DNA of 64,000 nucleotides from an uncultured Verrucomicrobiae bacterium (GCA_963825315.1 CAWGST010000001.1:24778-88777); one strand, 5' to 3'; positions 19,606 through 30,146 are shown, counted from the first letter of the stretch. Made by a program: numbers and translations. Notes: generated from the letters alone by a model not told the origin.

Positions 19606-19792
19606 CAAATTTCCCCATCCGAAAACTGAAAACATAAGAAGCCCTCTATAAAAAATAATTTTCGCGTAATTCGGCTGTTTCGCGGTTAAGAATCCTGATT
19701 GGCACTCCTCATGCCGAAGAAAGGCTGAAGCAAAATTCGTGCGCTTTGTCTTTCGTGGTGCCGTGAATCGTCGACCGCCGCTTCCGGGCAAA

Positions 19793-20033
19793 GGTGTGTT
19801 TGGCGAGACGCCAAACACGGCGCGCGGGACGCACGCGCTCCCCGTGCTGGATCGAGTTGGGGTTCGACGGAATGATTCCCTCACCCGGCCTGCGGCCACC
19901 CTCTCCCCGCTTCGCGGGGCGAGGGAATCGGACTCTGCACGGACGGACAAAGAGCGACAAATCCGTCTCCGTTGCGCTTTGGCGCGACAAATGACCAGAT
20001 CGAGTTGGGGTTCGACGGAGTCTCACCCTACCG
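19793..20033. repeat. Cluster of REP-like palindromic elements with a 22-bp direct repeat
   Basis: GTGTTTGGCGAGACGCCAAACAC...GCGCGGGACGCACGCGCTCCCC; CCCTCACCCGGCC...CCCTCTCCCCGCTTCGCGGGGCGAGGG; GATCGAGTTGGGGTTCGACGGA at 19850-19871 and 19998-20019, the second copy running on to CCCTACC. Confidence 0.65.
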
Positions 20034-20042
20034 GTGGTCGGC

Positions 20043-21140
20043 TCATGTCGAGTGATCAATGGCCGGCTGCTGCTGAGTCAGGCAATGCAGCGTGCCAAAG
20101 CCCAGCACTAAATCCACCGCGTGTATCCCCACCACAGGCCGGTCCCGGAACAAATCGCCCAGGATGCCCAGGGCGATACGGTCGTTCGGGTCGTTGAAGG
20201 TGGGCACAATGACCGCCGCATTGCTGATGTAAAAATTGGCGTAGCTGGCCGGCAAACGGTAGCCGTCGTAAAAAATCGGCGCGGGCATGGGCAGCGCCAC
20301 TACTTGGATTTTTGAGCCGTCTTCCAAGCGCAGGCCCTCCAGGCGTTCCCGGTTCCCGGCCAGCGGCTGGTAATTGACGTCCTTGGGATTGCTCTCCTGC
20401 GCCAGCACCACGGTGGCCGGGTTGACAAACCGGCAGATGTCATCCACATGGCCGTGGGTATCGTCGCCCACCACCCCGCCCCCCAGCCAAAGCACATTGG
20501 TGACGCCGAGATAGCGCTGGAGCACCAATTCAATTTCCTTCCGGCCCAGACCGGGATTGCGCGCCTGGGTTTTCTGATCCAGCAGGCACTCCTCGGTCGT
20601 CAGGAGAGTGCCCCGGCCATTGACATCAATGGCGCCGCCTTCGATGACAAAATCCCGGCCCTGGCACTGGGCGTTGAACAGACGTTTGCCCAAGCGCCCG
20701 GCCGCAATTTCAGGCACCTTGCGGTCTTGCTGCCAATCCGGGTATTTGGCCCAGGCATTGAAATGAAAATGAACAAACGCGGTTTCCGGATTCTTTCCGC
20801 CGCGCCGGACACAGATCGGCCCGCTGTCGCGGGTCCAGCCGCGGTTGGTGGGGTGGATGATGAATTGGACGCGGGAGACATCGGCGTGGGCCTGGGTCAG
20901 GATGCGGCGGGCCGCGGTTTCGCCGGTCTTGGAATTGACGAACAGCCGGACAATTTCGCCGGGGGCGATTTTGCGGACCATTTCGCCGTAAACCCAGCGA
21001 ATGGCGCCCAGTTTGCGGGGCCAGTCGGCGGGATTGTGCGGCCAAGCCAGCCAGGTGGCTTCATGCCGCTCCCATTCGGCGGGCATGGCAAATCCAAGGG
21101 AGGCCGGAGTGCGTGAAGTCGTGGATTTTTTTCCAGTCAT
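20043..21140 (-). CDS. aguA: Agmatine deiminase family protein
   Basis: MPAEWERH, WTRDSGP, EGGAIDVNG, DDTHGHVDD, ASYANFYI, GFGTLHCLTQQQP. Start uncertain (21143/21140/21086). Confidence 0.92.
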   Translation of the reverse strand: MTGKKSTTSRTPASLGFAMPAEWERHEATWLAWPHNPADWPRKLGAIRWVYGEMVRKIAPGEIVRLFVNSKTGETAARRILTQAHADVSRVQFIIHPTNRGWTRDSGPICVRRGGKNPETAFVHFHFNAWAKYPDWQQDRKVPEIAAGRLGKRLFNAQCQGRDFVIEGGAIDVNGRGTLLTTEECLLDQKTQARNPGLGRKEIELVLQRYLGVTNVLWLGGGVVGDDTHGHVDDICRFVNPATVVLAQESNPKDVNYQPLAGNRERLEGLRLEDGSKIQVVALPMPAPIFYDGYRLPASYANFYISNAAVIVPTFNDPNDRIALGILGDLFRDRPVVGIHAVDLVLGFGTLHCLTQQQPAIDHST

Positions 21141-21171
21141 CATGGAACAGGATAATTTAGCCTGTCTTCTC

Positions 21172-22305
21172 CTACTCGTTGACATGAACCACCCTGGCGG
21201 GGGCGAAGCCGTTGAACCAAGTGGCGGAGGCGCTGCTGTAGGCCCCAATCGCTTCGCAATAAACCAGGTCGTCCAATTGCAGATCAGGCAAATCCTCGGA
21301 GAGCGAGATGGTGTCCAGGGCGTCGCAGGTCTGGCCGAAGACGGCGCAGATTTCGGGCTGGCCCCGCTTGAAGGCTTTGAGATGGTACTGGCAATGATCG
21401 AAGATGATGCCGGAGAAGGTGTGGTAAACCCCGTCATCAATGTAATAGCAGGTCTTGCCGTCGCGGCGGGCTTTGCCGATGATCTTGGCGATGGAGGCGG
21501 CTGCGGAAGCGACCACGAACCGGCCCGGTTCGGCGATGATCTCGGTGTCCTTGGAAAAGAGGCGGTCGATCTCGGCATTGATTTTGCGGGCGAGGACCTG
21601 AATGGGTTCGACGTCGCGATGATAGGGGGCGGGGAAGCCGCCGCCGATGTCGAGAATCTTGATCTTGTGGCCGCGCGCCCCGGCCTCCTGCATGACGCTG
21701 GCCGAGATGTTCAGGGCCTGGACGAAGTTCTCGAAATTCATGCACTGGCTGCCGACATGGAAGCTCAGTCCCTCCACCACCAATCCAAGGTCGAAGGCGG
21801 CCTGAATCAGTGTCACGGCCTCGCTGGGGTCGGCCCCGAATTTGGACGACAGTTCGACGACCGACCCGGTGTTGGGCACGCGCACGCGCAGCACGACGCC
21901 GGCGTGTGGAGCGAAGCGCTTGATTTTCTTCAACTCGTTGAGGTTGTCGAAAGTGACCAGCGGCTTGTATTGATCGAGGGCCTCAAGGGTTTCGCGCGGC
22001 TTAGTGGGATTGGCGTAAATGATTTTGTCCCAGATGAAATCCTGCTGCTCCCTGGCGGGCAGCCCCTTGATGTTCTCGTAAACCAGCCTGAATTCCGCCA
22101 GCGAGGCCACATCGAAGCTGGCTCCGATCTTGTAGAGGCTGCGGACGATGGCCGGCTCGGGGTTGGCCTTGACGGCGTAGTAGGCCTGGACGCGGGGCAG
22201 GTGTTGATGGAAGGCCTTGTAGTTGGCGCGAACGACGTTGTGATCGATCACCACCACCGGTGTGCCCTCCTTGCGGGCGATCTCCTGTAATTGCTTTCTG
22301 GTCAT
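21172..22305 (-). CDS. Fold-type III PLP-dependent ornithine/lysine/arginine decarboxylase
   Basis: YAVKANP, FHVGSQC, LDIGGGF, EPGRF, GQTCDALD, GAYS. GGAGA RBS before ATG 22305. Confidence 0.92.
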   Translation of the reverse strand: MTRKQLQEIARKEGTPVVVIDHNVVRANYKAFHQHLPRVQAYYAVKANPEPAIVRSLYKIGASFDVASLAEFRLVYENIKGLPAREQQDFIWDKIIYANPTKPRETLEALDQYKPLVTFDNLNELKKIKRFAPHAGVVLRVRVPNTGSVVELSSKFGADPSEAVTLIQAAFDLGLVVEGLSFHVGSQCMNFENFVQALNISASVMQEAGARGHKIKILDIGGGFPAPYHRDVEPIQVLARKINAEIDRLFSKDTEIIAEPGRFVVASAAASIAKIIGKARRDGKTCYYIDDGVYHTFSGIIFDHCQYHLKAFKRGQPEICAVFGQTCDALDTISLSEDLPDLQLDDLVYCEAIGAYSSASATWFNGFAPARVVHVNE

Positions 22306-22309
22306 TCTC

Positions 22310-23512
22310 CTAGATCGCCGGGTCGGACCCGTCAATCATTTTCACCTTGTTGTGGGCGAAATACTCCTTGGTCAAGGCCTTGAGCAACTGGGGCCGCTTG
22401 TCATAGAGGCGCTTGAGAGGGCGTTTGGCGTGACGGGCCAGCGCGTAATGGGTGATGATCGGCAGGGCGATGCTGGTGTCGGTGTAGCAGACCACGGCAT
22501 CGGGCAAACGATCGGGGTCCACCTTGCCCCAACTGACGGCCTCGCTGGGGGTGGCGCCGGAAAGGCCGCCGGTGTCCGGGCGGGCGTCGGTGATCTGGAA
22601 GAAATAATCCTGGCCGTACTCCCTCATGCGCAGGACTTCCTGAATCTGAGGCTCGGTTTGGAGCATGAAGTTCTTGGGACTGCCGCCGCCCAGGAGCATG
22701 ACGCCGCTCTTGCCGCCGGCCCGCTTGGCGCCGAGGACAATGGCGGTGGTTTCATTGACATCAATGGAGGGATTCATCCGCAGCTTGTTGCCGCGCAGTT
22801 CCACGCCGGCCACGTTCATGCCGATGGTCGAATCGCCGGGCGATGAGGTGTAGCAGGGGACGCCGGCGCGATAGGCGGCCGCCATGACGGAGACATCCTT
22901 GAGGCCGGCCTTGCGCTCCCATTCGGCGGCGTAACGGCCAATGAGATGGTGCAATTCAGCGGTGCCCATTTCCTTCTGGAATTCAGGCTGGATAAGGATG
23001 TTGCGGAGGATTTCGTCCGTGGCCATCAAGCAGTCGCTGTAGCCCAGGAGGACGTCATAGACGCGGACGATGTCGTTGGTGCGCAAATCGGTGTCATCAA
23101 AGAGGTGGCTGCCAACATGGACGGGGAGATTCAATGCGAAGTGCAGATCGTGGTAGAGAATGGCCCCGGTGCTCACGATCCAGTCCACGAATCCGGCATT
23201 GATCAACGGGACAATGGAGGAGCAGCCCAGGCCGGCCGGGGTCAACGCGCCCGACAAGCTCATGCCGAGGGTGACATCCGGTTCGAGCATTCGCGCGGTG
23301 TACAAGCGGCACACTTCGCGCAAGCGGGCGGAATTGTAGGCCAGGAAACAATCATCCATCAGGTCGGCGAACTTTTCCCTGCCGGTGATGCCCCTGGGCA
23401 TGATGCGCTTGCCGGCCAGGTACTTTTCCCGGTGCGGGCATTTCTTTTTCAGCAACCAATCCGGCGCCTCGGTCAAATCTTCGCGGTGACGGCTTGTTCT
23501 TTTCGTGCTCAT
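22310..23512 (-). CDS. speY: Deoxyhypusine synthase-like homospermidine biosynthesis protein
   Basis: [45 protein letters not shown]. Lies in an operon with polyamine genes. Confidence 0.85.
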   Translation of the reverse strand: MSTKRTSRHREDLTEAPDWLLKKKCPHREKYLAGKRIMPRGITGREKFADLMDDCFLAYNSARLREVCRLYTARMLEPDVTLGMSLSGALTPAGLGCSSIVPLINAGFVDWIVSTGAILYHDLHFALNLPVHVGSHLFDDTDLRTNDIVRVYDVLLGYSDCLMATDEILRNILIQPEFQKEMGTAELHHLIGRYAAEWERKAGLKDVSVMAAAYRAGVPCYTSSPGDSTIGMNVAGVELRGNKLRMNPSIDVNETTAIVLGAKRAGGKSGVMLLGGGSPKNFMLQTEPQIQEVLRMREYGQDYFFQITDARPDTGGLSGATPSEAVSWGKVDPDRLPDAVVCYTDTSIALPIITHYALARHAKRPLKRLYDKRPQLLKALTKEYFAHNKVKMIDGSDPAI

Positions 23513-23627
23513 AAATTTCAATTCAATCAGTTTCCCAGATTGCGCGGAGAATATACGCGGCCTTTTCCGCTTGCCAACCCTTTAGTTGCATCTCGAAGGA
23601 GAAGAGGATTTTGGCGGGACGCGGAAG

Positions 23628-23680
23628 AAAGGCTAAAGGCTAAAGGCTAAAGGCTAAAGGCTGAAGGCTAAAGGCTGAAG
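23628..23680 (+). repeat. (GGCTRAA)n heptamer tandem repeat
   Basis: About 7 units ending in ggctgaagttatga. Same family at 48433-48460, with inverted arms at 48497-48509 and 48659-48680. Confidence 0.85.
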
Positions 23681-23778
23681 TTATGAAGCTCGGTGGAAAC
23701 CGTTTGGGACGCCGGTTCCACCCGCATTCGTTTGATTTCGCTTGGAAATTCGACGGGCGGCTGTATATTGAGTGGCAG

Positions 23779-23910
23779 ATGAAGAATCTGACAAGGCAGG
23801 AACAGTTTGTGCTGTGTCTGATACTTGTATTGGTGTTGACGGGTTGGGCGGTGAAGGTTTATCGCACGGCGCACGCGCCGGTGACGCCCATCACGCAGCA
23901 AAGATCATAA
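23779..23910 (+). CDS. Small single-TM membrane protein (43 aa)
   Basis: MKNLTRQEQFVLCLILVLVLTGWAVKVYR. Stop is 3 nt before the next ATG. Confidence 0.65.
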   Translation: MKNLTRQEQFVLCLILVLVLTGWAVKVYRTAHAPVTPITQQRS

Positions 23911-23913
23911 ATT

Positions 23914-24348
23914 ATGCAATCGCTTAATTTTGAAGAGGCCATCCGGAAAATCGTGGCGGCGGATGACCGTTATGAGTTTGAGGCTTACCTGTTTGTGCAG
24001 GAGGCGATCTGCTATACCCAGAAATCCCTGGGCCGGCATAAACAGGAGCAAAAACACGTCGGCGGCAAGGAATTGCTGCTGGGCATCCGCGATTACGCCC
24101 TGGACACGTTTGGCCCCATGACCCCAACCGTCCTGTCGGAGTGGGGCATTCATTCCTGCGAAGATTTCGGTGAAATTGTTTTCAACCTGATTCAGCACAA
24201 GCAGGCCACCCAATCGCAGTCCGACAGCCGCGATGATTTTAAGAACGGGTATGATTTTGATGAAGCCTTCCGCAAACCATTTCTGCCGGCAAAACCCCGG
24301 GTTTTGGAACCAAAACCGGCGCAGTCGAAAATGATCGGCAAAGGGTGA
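23914..24348 (+). CDS. Minf_1886-family (Verrucomicrobia/Planctomycetes-restricted) protein
   Basis: RYEFEAYLFV, HVGGKELLLGIRDYALDTFGPM, WGIHSCEDFGEIVFNLI, DSRDDF...YDFDEAF. Confidence 0.75.
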   Translation: MQSLNFEEAIRKIVAADDRYEFEAYLFVQEAICYTQKSLGRHKQEQKHVGGKELLLGIRDYALDTFGPMTPTVLSEWGIHSCEDFGEIVFNLIQHKQATQSQSDSRDDFKNGYDFDEAFRKPFLPAKPRVLEPKPAQSKMIGKG

Positions 24349-24364
24349 CCCTTCCGGGAATTCG

Positions 24365-27025
24365 ATGATCGGCGCCAAACAAAGAACGGCACGCACCGCA
24401 CCGTCGCGAAAACGCGCCGCCGCGCTGGCGCCAAAAAGACACAAGGCTGTCACGGTTGCGCCGGGCGCGCTGGACGGGCAGATTCCGGGCATTCCTCCGG
24501 ATGTTCGGCTGGTAACATTGGAAAACGGCCTGGTGCTCATAATCCGGGAAGACCATAGCGCGCCGGTTGTCTCGGCCCAGGCCTGGTGCAATACTGGCAG
24601 CATCTGCGAAGGCAAATGGCTGGGCGCGGGTTTGTCGCATGTCCTCGAGCACATGCTTTTTAAGGGCACCACGACCCGTCCGGGCAGCCGCATTGACCAG
24701 GAGGTGCAGCAGGCCGGCGGATACATGAACGCCTACACTTCCTTTGATCGCACGGTCTATCACATCAATGTCCCCGACACCGGCGCGACTGTCGCCATTG
24801 ATATTCTGTGCGACATCATGCAAAACGCCAGTCTGCCCGCGGAGGAATTGGACAAGGAACTGGATGTCATCCGGCGCGAAATGGACATGAACCAGGACGA
24901 CCCGGCGCGCCGGGCGGGCCGGCGGCTTTTCGAAGTGGCCTACACCAAAAGCCCGTATCGCTTCACCATCATCGGCTATCCGGAAATTTTCAACACGCTC
25001 AAGCCGGAGGACATTCTGGCTTACTACCGGGAACGGTACGTGCCCAACAACCTGTTTTTCGTCGTGACAGGCGACGTGAAGGCGGATGCGGTCGTCGGCC
25101 AAATCCGCGAGGCTTTCGCCAAAAGCAAGGCCAGGCCGCTCGCGCCGATGGTGCTGCCGCGCGAACCCAGGCAAACCGGGCCGCGTGAGACGATTGAAGA
25201 GGCCTCCATTCAGCTTGGCTTTTTCCACTTTGCCTGGCACATCCCCGATGTCCGGCATCCCGACATGCCAGCCCTTGATATTCTGGCGTCGCTCCTGGGC
25301 AGCGGGCGGAGTTCGCGCTTGTTTCGCGAAGTGCGCGAGAGGCAGGGGTTGGTGACCTCGGCCGACGCCTGGACTTACTGCGCCGCCGACCAGGGCTTGT
25401 TCGGCATGAGCGCGGTGGTGGATGCGGATAAATTCACCGCCTCGCGCGACGCCCTGCTGGCTGAAGTCGGGCGCGTCCAAGATGAACCTGTTCCCGCCGG
25501 CGAACTGGCCAAGGTGGTCAAGCAGTTCGTCGCCGGCATGCTCGCGACGCGCAAGACGATGCAGGGCCAGGCGCAGGACTTGGGTTCGAATTGGATCGCG
25601 GCAAACGATTTGAATTTTTCCGAGCGCTATCTGGCGGCGGCCAGGAAAGTCACCCCGTCCACTCTGCAACGGGTGGCGCGGGAGTATTTGACGGCGGCCA
25701 ATCGCACTCTCTACGCATTGTTGCCGGAAGGGGCCGCGCCCAAAGCCGCCGGGGCGGTCCATGTCTCCGCCGAAAATGCCGTGCAAAAGATCGTTTTTCC
25801 CAACGGCCTCCGGCTTCTGGTCAAGGAGGATCACCGGCTGCCGTTCGTTGAAATGCGCGCCGTCTTTCAAGGCGGCGTGCTGGCCGAATCCGAAAAAGAT
25901 AACGGCCTGACTCAGTTGATGTCCAAAATGCTGCTGCAAGGCACCGGCCGGCGCAGCGCGGAACAGATTTCCACCGAAATAGAGTCGGTGGGCGGCAACA
26001 TTGAAACTTTCGGCGGCAACAACAGTTTTGGCTTGTCCGCAGAAGTGCTGAACGAGGATTTGAAAACCGGTTTCGAGGTCTTTACTGATGTTCTGCTGAA
26101 TCCCTCCTTTCCGGCGGCGGCTTTTGAGCGGGAACGGCGGATTCAGTTGGAATTGATCCGCTCGCAAAAAGACCAATTGCTGCAATGTTGCAGCCAGGCC
26201 ATGCGCCGCGGGCTTTTTGGCGGCGCCGGCTACGGTTTGGATCCCGCTGGCAGCGAAGAAAGCGTCAAAGCACTCCCCTTGTCCGCCTTGTCCGCCTTTT
26301 ATAAAACAATGGTTGTGCCGAACAATTGCGTCATGGCGATTTTCGGCGACGTTCAGACGGCCGAATTGAAGGCCGCGATGGAAAAGTTTTTTGGCCGCTG
26401 GAAAGCAGGCGCTCCCGTCGTCCCCGGGGGACCCCGCCCCCTCGCGCTGACAAGCATAAAACGCATCACCGAGACGCGCGACAAGGAACAAGCGGTGTTG
26501 CTGGCCGGTTTTGCGGGGGTGACCTTGAAGGATGGCGATCGCTACGCTCTTGAACTGGTGCAGGAAGGATGCAGCGATCTGGGTTCCCGCCTCTTTCTGC
26601 GCATCCGGGAAAAACTCGGCCTGGCCTATTACGTCGGAGCGCAAAACTTTCTCGGGGTTGTTCCCGGATTCTTCGCCTTTTACGCCGGGACGGCGCGCGA
26701 TAAATTGCCGCGGGTCGAAGAGGAATTGCTCAAGGAAGTGAAATTATTGGGCGACGAAGGTTTCAGCGAGGAAGAACTGAAACGATCCAAAGCCAAAATC
26801 ATCGGGCAAAAGAAAATCGCCCGCCAGGAGTTGGGCGGTTATGCGATTACCGTGGCGCTGGATGAGTTGTATGGGCTGGGCCACGACCACATTGACCTCG
26901 AAGACGCCCGCTACGAAGCCGTCACCCTGGCCGACATCAAGGCCGTCGCCCGGAAATATCTGACCCCCGACGCCCTGGTGCTGGCGACAATAAAACCGCC
27001 GGACGACCCCAAGGCGGCGCTTTAA
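24365..27025 (+). CDS. M16 (pitrilysin/PqqL-like) zinc protease
   Basis: Inverted zinc motif HVLEHMLFKGT, NAYTSFDRTVY, two-lobed M16 architecture. Confidence 0.92.
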   Translation: MIGAKQRTARTAPSRKRAAALAPKRHKAVTVAPGALDGQIPGIPPDVRLVTLENGLVLIIREDHSAPVVSAQAWCNTGSICEGKWLGAGLSHVLEHMLFKGTTTRPGSRIDQEVQQAGGYMNAYTSFDRTVYHINVPDTGATVAIDILCDIMQNASLPAEELDKELDVIRREMDMNQDDPARRAGRRLFEVAYTKSPYRFTIIGYPEIFNTLKPEDILAYYRERYVPNNLFFVVTGDVKADAVVGQIREAFAKSKARPLAPMVLPREPRQTGPRETIEEASIQLGFFHFAWHIPDVRHPDMPALDILASLLGSGRSSRLFREVRERQGLVTSADAWTYCAADQGLFGMSAVVDADKFTASRDALLAEVGRVQDEPVPAGELAKVVKQFVAGMLATRKTMQGQAQDLGSNWIAANDLNFSERYLAAARKVTPSTLQRVAREYLTAANRTLYALLPEGAAPKAAGAVHVSAENAVQKIVFPNGLRLLVKEDHRLPFVEMRAVFQGGVLAESEKDNGLTQLMSKMLLQGTGRRSAEQISTEIESVGGNIETFGGNNSFGLSAEVLNEDLKTGFEVFTDVLLNPSFPAAAFERERRIQLELIRSQKDQLLQCCSQAMRRGLFGGAGYGLDPAGSEESVKALPLSALSAFYKTMVVPNNCVMAIFGDVQTAELKAAMEKFFGRWKAGAPVVPGGPRPLALTSIKRITETRDKEQAVLLAGFAGVTLKDGDRYALELVQEGCSDLGSRLFLRIREKLGLAYYVGAQNFLGVVPGFFAFYAGTARDKLPRVEEELLKEVKLLGDEGFSEEELKRSKAKIIGQKKIARQELGGYAITVALDELYGLGHDHIDLEDARYEAVTLADIKAVARKYLTPDALVLATIKPPDDPKAAL

Positions 27026-27124
27026 CGCCTTTCATTTACGACCAAGCCGCGGCCCTTTTCCGGCCCATTCAAGAGATCTTTGCCCTGAGAACGTCACCGA
27101 TCGAAGGAGGCGTGCTTATTGCCG

Positions 27125-28600
27125 TCAACGCTTGGATACAACAGGAACGGGAATGGGGTTGTACATGCCCATATATTCGGCAATTTCAGCGGGGCTTAAC
27201 GCGCGCTTCCACACGGCCACGTCGTCAATCGCTCCGACAAAATAACTGCCCGCACTGCCGTCGCGGAAGAGGCCGCCGATGCCAAACACGTCGCATTGCC
27301 AGATGCCCAAGGGCGGTTGAATGGCATCCGGGTCTGAACCGCCCGGCTCGTTGCCCGTATTCTGCAAATAGTTGTTCCCGTTGTCTGCGGGGTTCGGAAG
27401 GGGAATGCCAGGCGGCACATGGGTATTTACGCCATTTGTGTATTTTAATGAACTGCTGATGAACATGCCATCCATGTAAAACGACCAGTTTTGCAGCCGG
27501 ACACCGGGCTGCACCACACGATAGAAGGCCGTCGCGTTCGTGGGGTTGTTAAAGGTGTTCGTTGTGAGGAATCCGCCAGTGGCTTGAGTGGCGACGTTTA
27601 TCCAGCCCAAGGGATCGGCCAGGTTGGTGGACCGTTGGAGAATGTATTGTTGATTCGTATCAACCTGGGTGATGTTGTTGCCGAAGGCGGAATCCAAAGG
27701 CGTGGAACTCCAAATGAAGGTGATGCTTCCGCTGGCCGGTGCGGCCATGGGCTCGATGACCGGTTGCAGCTCGTTTGTAATCGTCTCCGCCACCACCGTG
27801 AGATTGTGCCATTTGCCATCCCACGGGTTGGCGTTGACGGCCCGGTGCGTGCCGTTGTAATAGTTGGCAAACACCGTTCCTTGACCATTGGTAATCGGGC
27901 CGTTCTGTCGGACAAACATGTCCAACTGACTCGTTGTTTCGCCAAAAGCTCCGCCCGATCCGCCGGTTTCCAGGTCCGAGACCGGCCCGGGGCTTTCACC
28001 GCATGCCGAAGCGAAGATGCGATCTCCTCCACCCGAAGGCAGGCTTGCGACAGTCCCGTTGACCCACAGTGAAACGGTCCAGTTCGGGAACTGCATCGGC
28101 GGCAAAGATGCCGCGGGCGTGCCCCAGGCATTGTCAGGAGATTGATAGGCCAGCAAGCCGGATCCTGAAAAGTAAAGGGCATTGCTATGTTCACCGCCGC
28201 TAATAAGGCTGATGCCGGCACCGGCGAAGTTCGTGATACCGGCTGAGGTTCGAGGAACTAGTATTACTCTGTTAAGTTGCGCAAACTGCGAGTGAAGAAT
28301 GAAATGTGTTGAAAGAGCAAAATCCGGTCGCCCAATCGCGGTTTTCGTCAATGTTTATGGGCATTTCATGCTTTTTTTCCGATCTTATACTTAACAAAGT
28401 AATACTAGATCGTAGCCGCTTTGCAGGTCCGGCGTGGATAGGCCGTTGTTGGTGCTGTCCAATGGCCAATACGAGATCAAGCCGTTGGCCAAGCTGGAGC
28501 CGGCGAAAGCGCTCGACAGGCACACGACCCCAGCCGCGAGCATCACTCCGCATTTGAAGGCCAGTATCGTGACCCTTTTATGAAAAGCCACGTGGTTCAT
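27125..28600 (-). pseudogene. Secreted LamG/concanavalin-like protein gene interrupted by a MITE
   Basis: 5' part (signal peptide, GLISYWPLD) and 3' part (WTVSLWVNG, DGKWHNL, GAIDDVAVWKRALS) are in the same frame. Removing 28262-28408 restores SGYDLVPRTSAG. Confidence 0.85.
28262..28404. mobile_element. 143-bp MITE, probably IS701-family derived, with CTAG target duplication
   Basis: TIRs TATTACTCTGTTAAGT / ACTTAACAAAGTAATA (15/16 match). CTAG at 28258-28261 and 28405-28408. Confidence 0.88.
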
Positions 28601-28740
28601 GGGTATTTTGTTTGCGACGTGAACTATATCGAAATCCCCCAACCCCTGTCGAGAACTTAAAGGGGCTGCATCACTTGCGTTAAAACCTCACCTTGATTTC
28701 CTGCTTCCCTGTCTCCCAATTTCCGCCATCATGACTCCCC

Positions 28741-30138
28741 ATGTTTCCAGATATTAAATCTGTCCATTTCGTCGGCATCGGAGGAACGGCCATGGCCGCG
28801 GTCGCGGCGGCGCTGCGCGACCGGGGCTATGCCGTCTCCGGTTCGGACCAGAATGTCTATCCGCCAATGTCCACTTTCCTGGCCGCGAAAAAAATCGAGG
28901 TCATGCCGGCTTATGCCGAATCGAACCTGGCCGCGAAACCAGACCTGGTGGTCATCGGCAACGTGATTTCGCGCGGCAATCCCGAAGCGGAAGCGGTCTT
29001 GGAACACAAGCTGCGTTATTGTTCGCTGCCCGAGTTGCTGAAGGAATTTTTCATTCGCGGCAAGCGTTCGCTCGTCGTCGCGGGGACGCACGGCAAGACA
29101 ACCACGACCTCTCTTCTGGCCTGGGTCTTCGAGCATAACGGGTTGAATCCCAGCTTCCTGATCGGCGGCATTCCGAACAATTTCGGCGCAGGAGCCCGTT
29201 TCACCGACAGCCCCTGGTTCATCATCGAGGGCGACGAATATGACACGGCCTTTTTTGACAAGCGCAGCAAATTCGTCCATTACCTGCCGGAAGTCGCCAT
29301 CCTCAACAACCTGGAATTCGATCACGCGGATATTTTTGAAAACCTGGGCGCCATCCAAACCGCCTTCAAACGCCTGATCAATCTGATCCCCCGCAACGGC
29401 CAGCTCCTGGCCAACGGCGACGACCCAAATCTGGCCCCGCTGCTCGACGTCACGCATTGTCCGGTGAAACGCTTTGGTTTGGGCGAACAGAACAGCATTC
29501 AGGGCTTTAACCTGCGTTACGGTCCGACGGCCACTGAGTTTGAAATTCCCAGTTTCAAGTTCCATTTGAACATGGTCGGGGAATTGAACGCGCGCAACGC
29601 GCTGGCGGTGGTGGCTTGCGCCAAACATTGCGGGTTGTCCAACAAACAAATCCAGGGCGCCTTTGACACCTTCAAAGGCGTCAAGCGCCGCATGGAAGTG
29701 CGGGGCGTGGTCGGCGGGGTGACGGTGGTGGACGATTTCGGGCATCATCCGACGGCGATCCGCGAAACCTTGGGCGCGTTGCGCTTGAAATACGCGCAGC
29801 AACGCATCTGGGCCGTGTTCGAACCCCGCTCCAACACCACCCGCCGCAATGTTTTCCAAAATGAGCTGGCCCGGGCCTTTCACGACGCTGACGCGGTGGT
29901 GGTGTCACAAATCGCGCGGCTGGAAATGCTCCAGCCCGGGGAAAGGCTCGATCCCCAAAAACTGCTGAAAGACATCCAATCGGACGGCAGGACGGCCGTA
30001 TATTTGACAGATGCGGATGCCATTGTGGCGCATCTGAAAAAGGAAGCGGCGGGCGGCGATGTGGTCTGTGTTTTCAGCAACGGAGGTTTCGGTGGAATTC
30101 AGGAGAAACTTCTGGCCGCGCTCGGCGCGCGAAAATGA
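28741..30138 (+). CDS. mpl: UDP-N-acetylmuramate:L-alanyl-gamma-D-glutamyl-meso-diaminopimelate ligase
   Basis: GIGGTAM, VYPPMS, GTHGKTTT, EGDEYDTAFFDKRSKF, DDFGHHPTAI, EPRSNT, SNGGFGGI. Confidence 0.93.
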   Translation: MFPDIKSVHFVGIGGTAMAAVAAALRDRGYAVSGSDQNVYPPMSTFLAAKKIEVMPAYAESNLAAKPDLVVIGNVISRGNPEAEAVLEHKLRYCSLPELLKEFFIRGKRSLVVAGTHGKTTTTSLLAWVFEHNGLNPSFLIGGIPNNFGAGARFTDSPWFIIEGDEYDTAFFDKRSKFVHYLPEVAILNNLEFDHADIFENLGAIQTAFKRLINLIPRNGQLLANGDDPNLAPLLDVTHCPVKRFGLGEQNSIQGFNLRYGPTATEFEIPSFKFHLNMVGELNARNALAVVACAKHCGLSNKQIQGAFDTFKGVKRRMEVRGVVGGVTVVDDFGHHPTAIRETLGALRLKYAQQRIWAVFEPRSNTTRRNVFQNELARAFHDADAVVVSQIARLEMLQPGERLDPQKLLKDIQSDGRTAVYLTDADAIVAHLKKEAAGGDVVCVFSNGGFGGIQEKLLAALGARK

Positions 30139-30146
30139 CGACCCTG

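Noticed and set aside
18030-19651. ORFs with VLTSPPGEVGYN / YSRLLRGVKSK repeats
   Set aside because: Translations of the CRISPR array; the 66-nt period is a multiple of 3. By my count 18 of 24 spacers are stop-free in that frame, close to chance for 10 codons.
24239-26644. 801-aa antisense ORF and other long shadow ORFs opposite leuS, pyc, gyrA and the GT genes
   Set aside because: Typical high-GC antisense shadows of well-recognised genes, with no protein motifs of their own.
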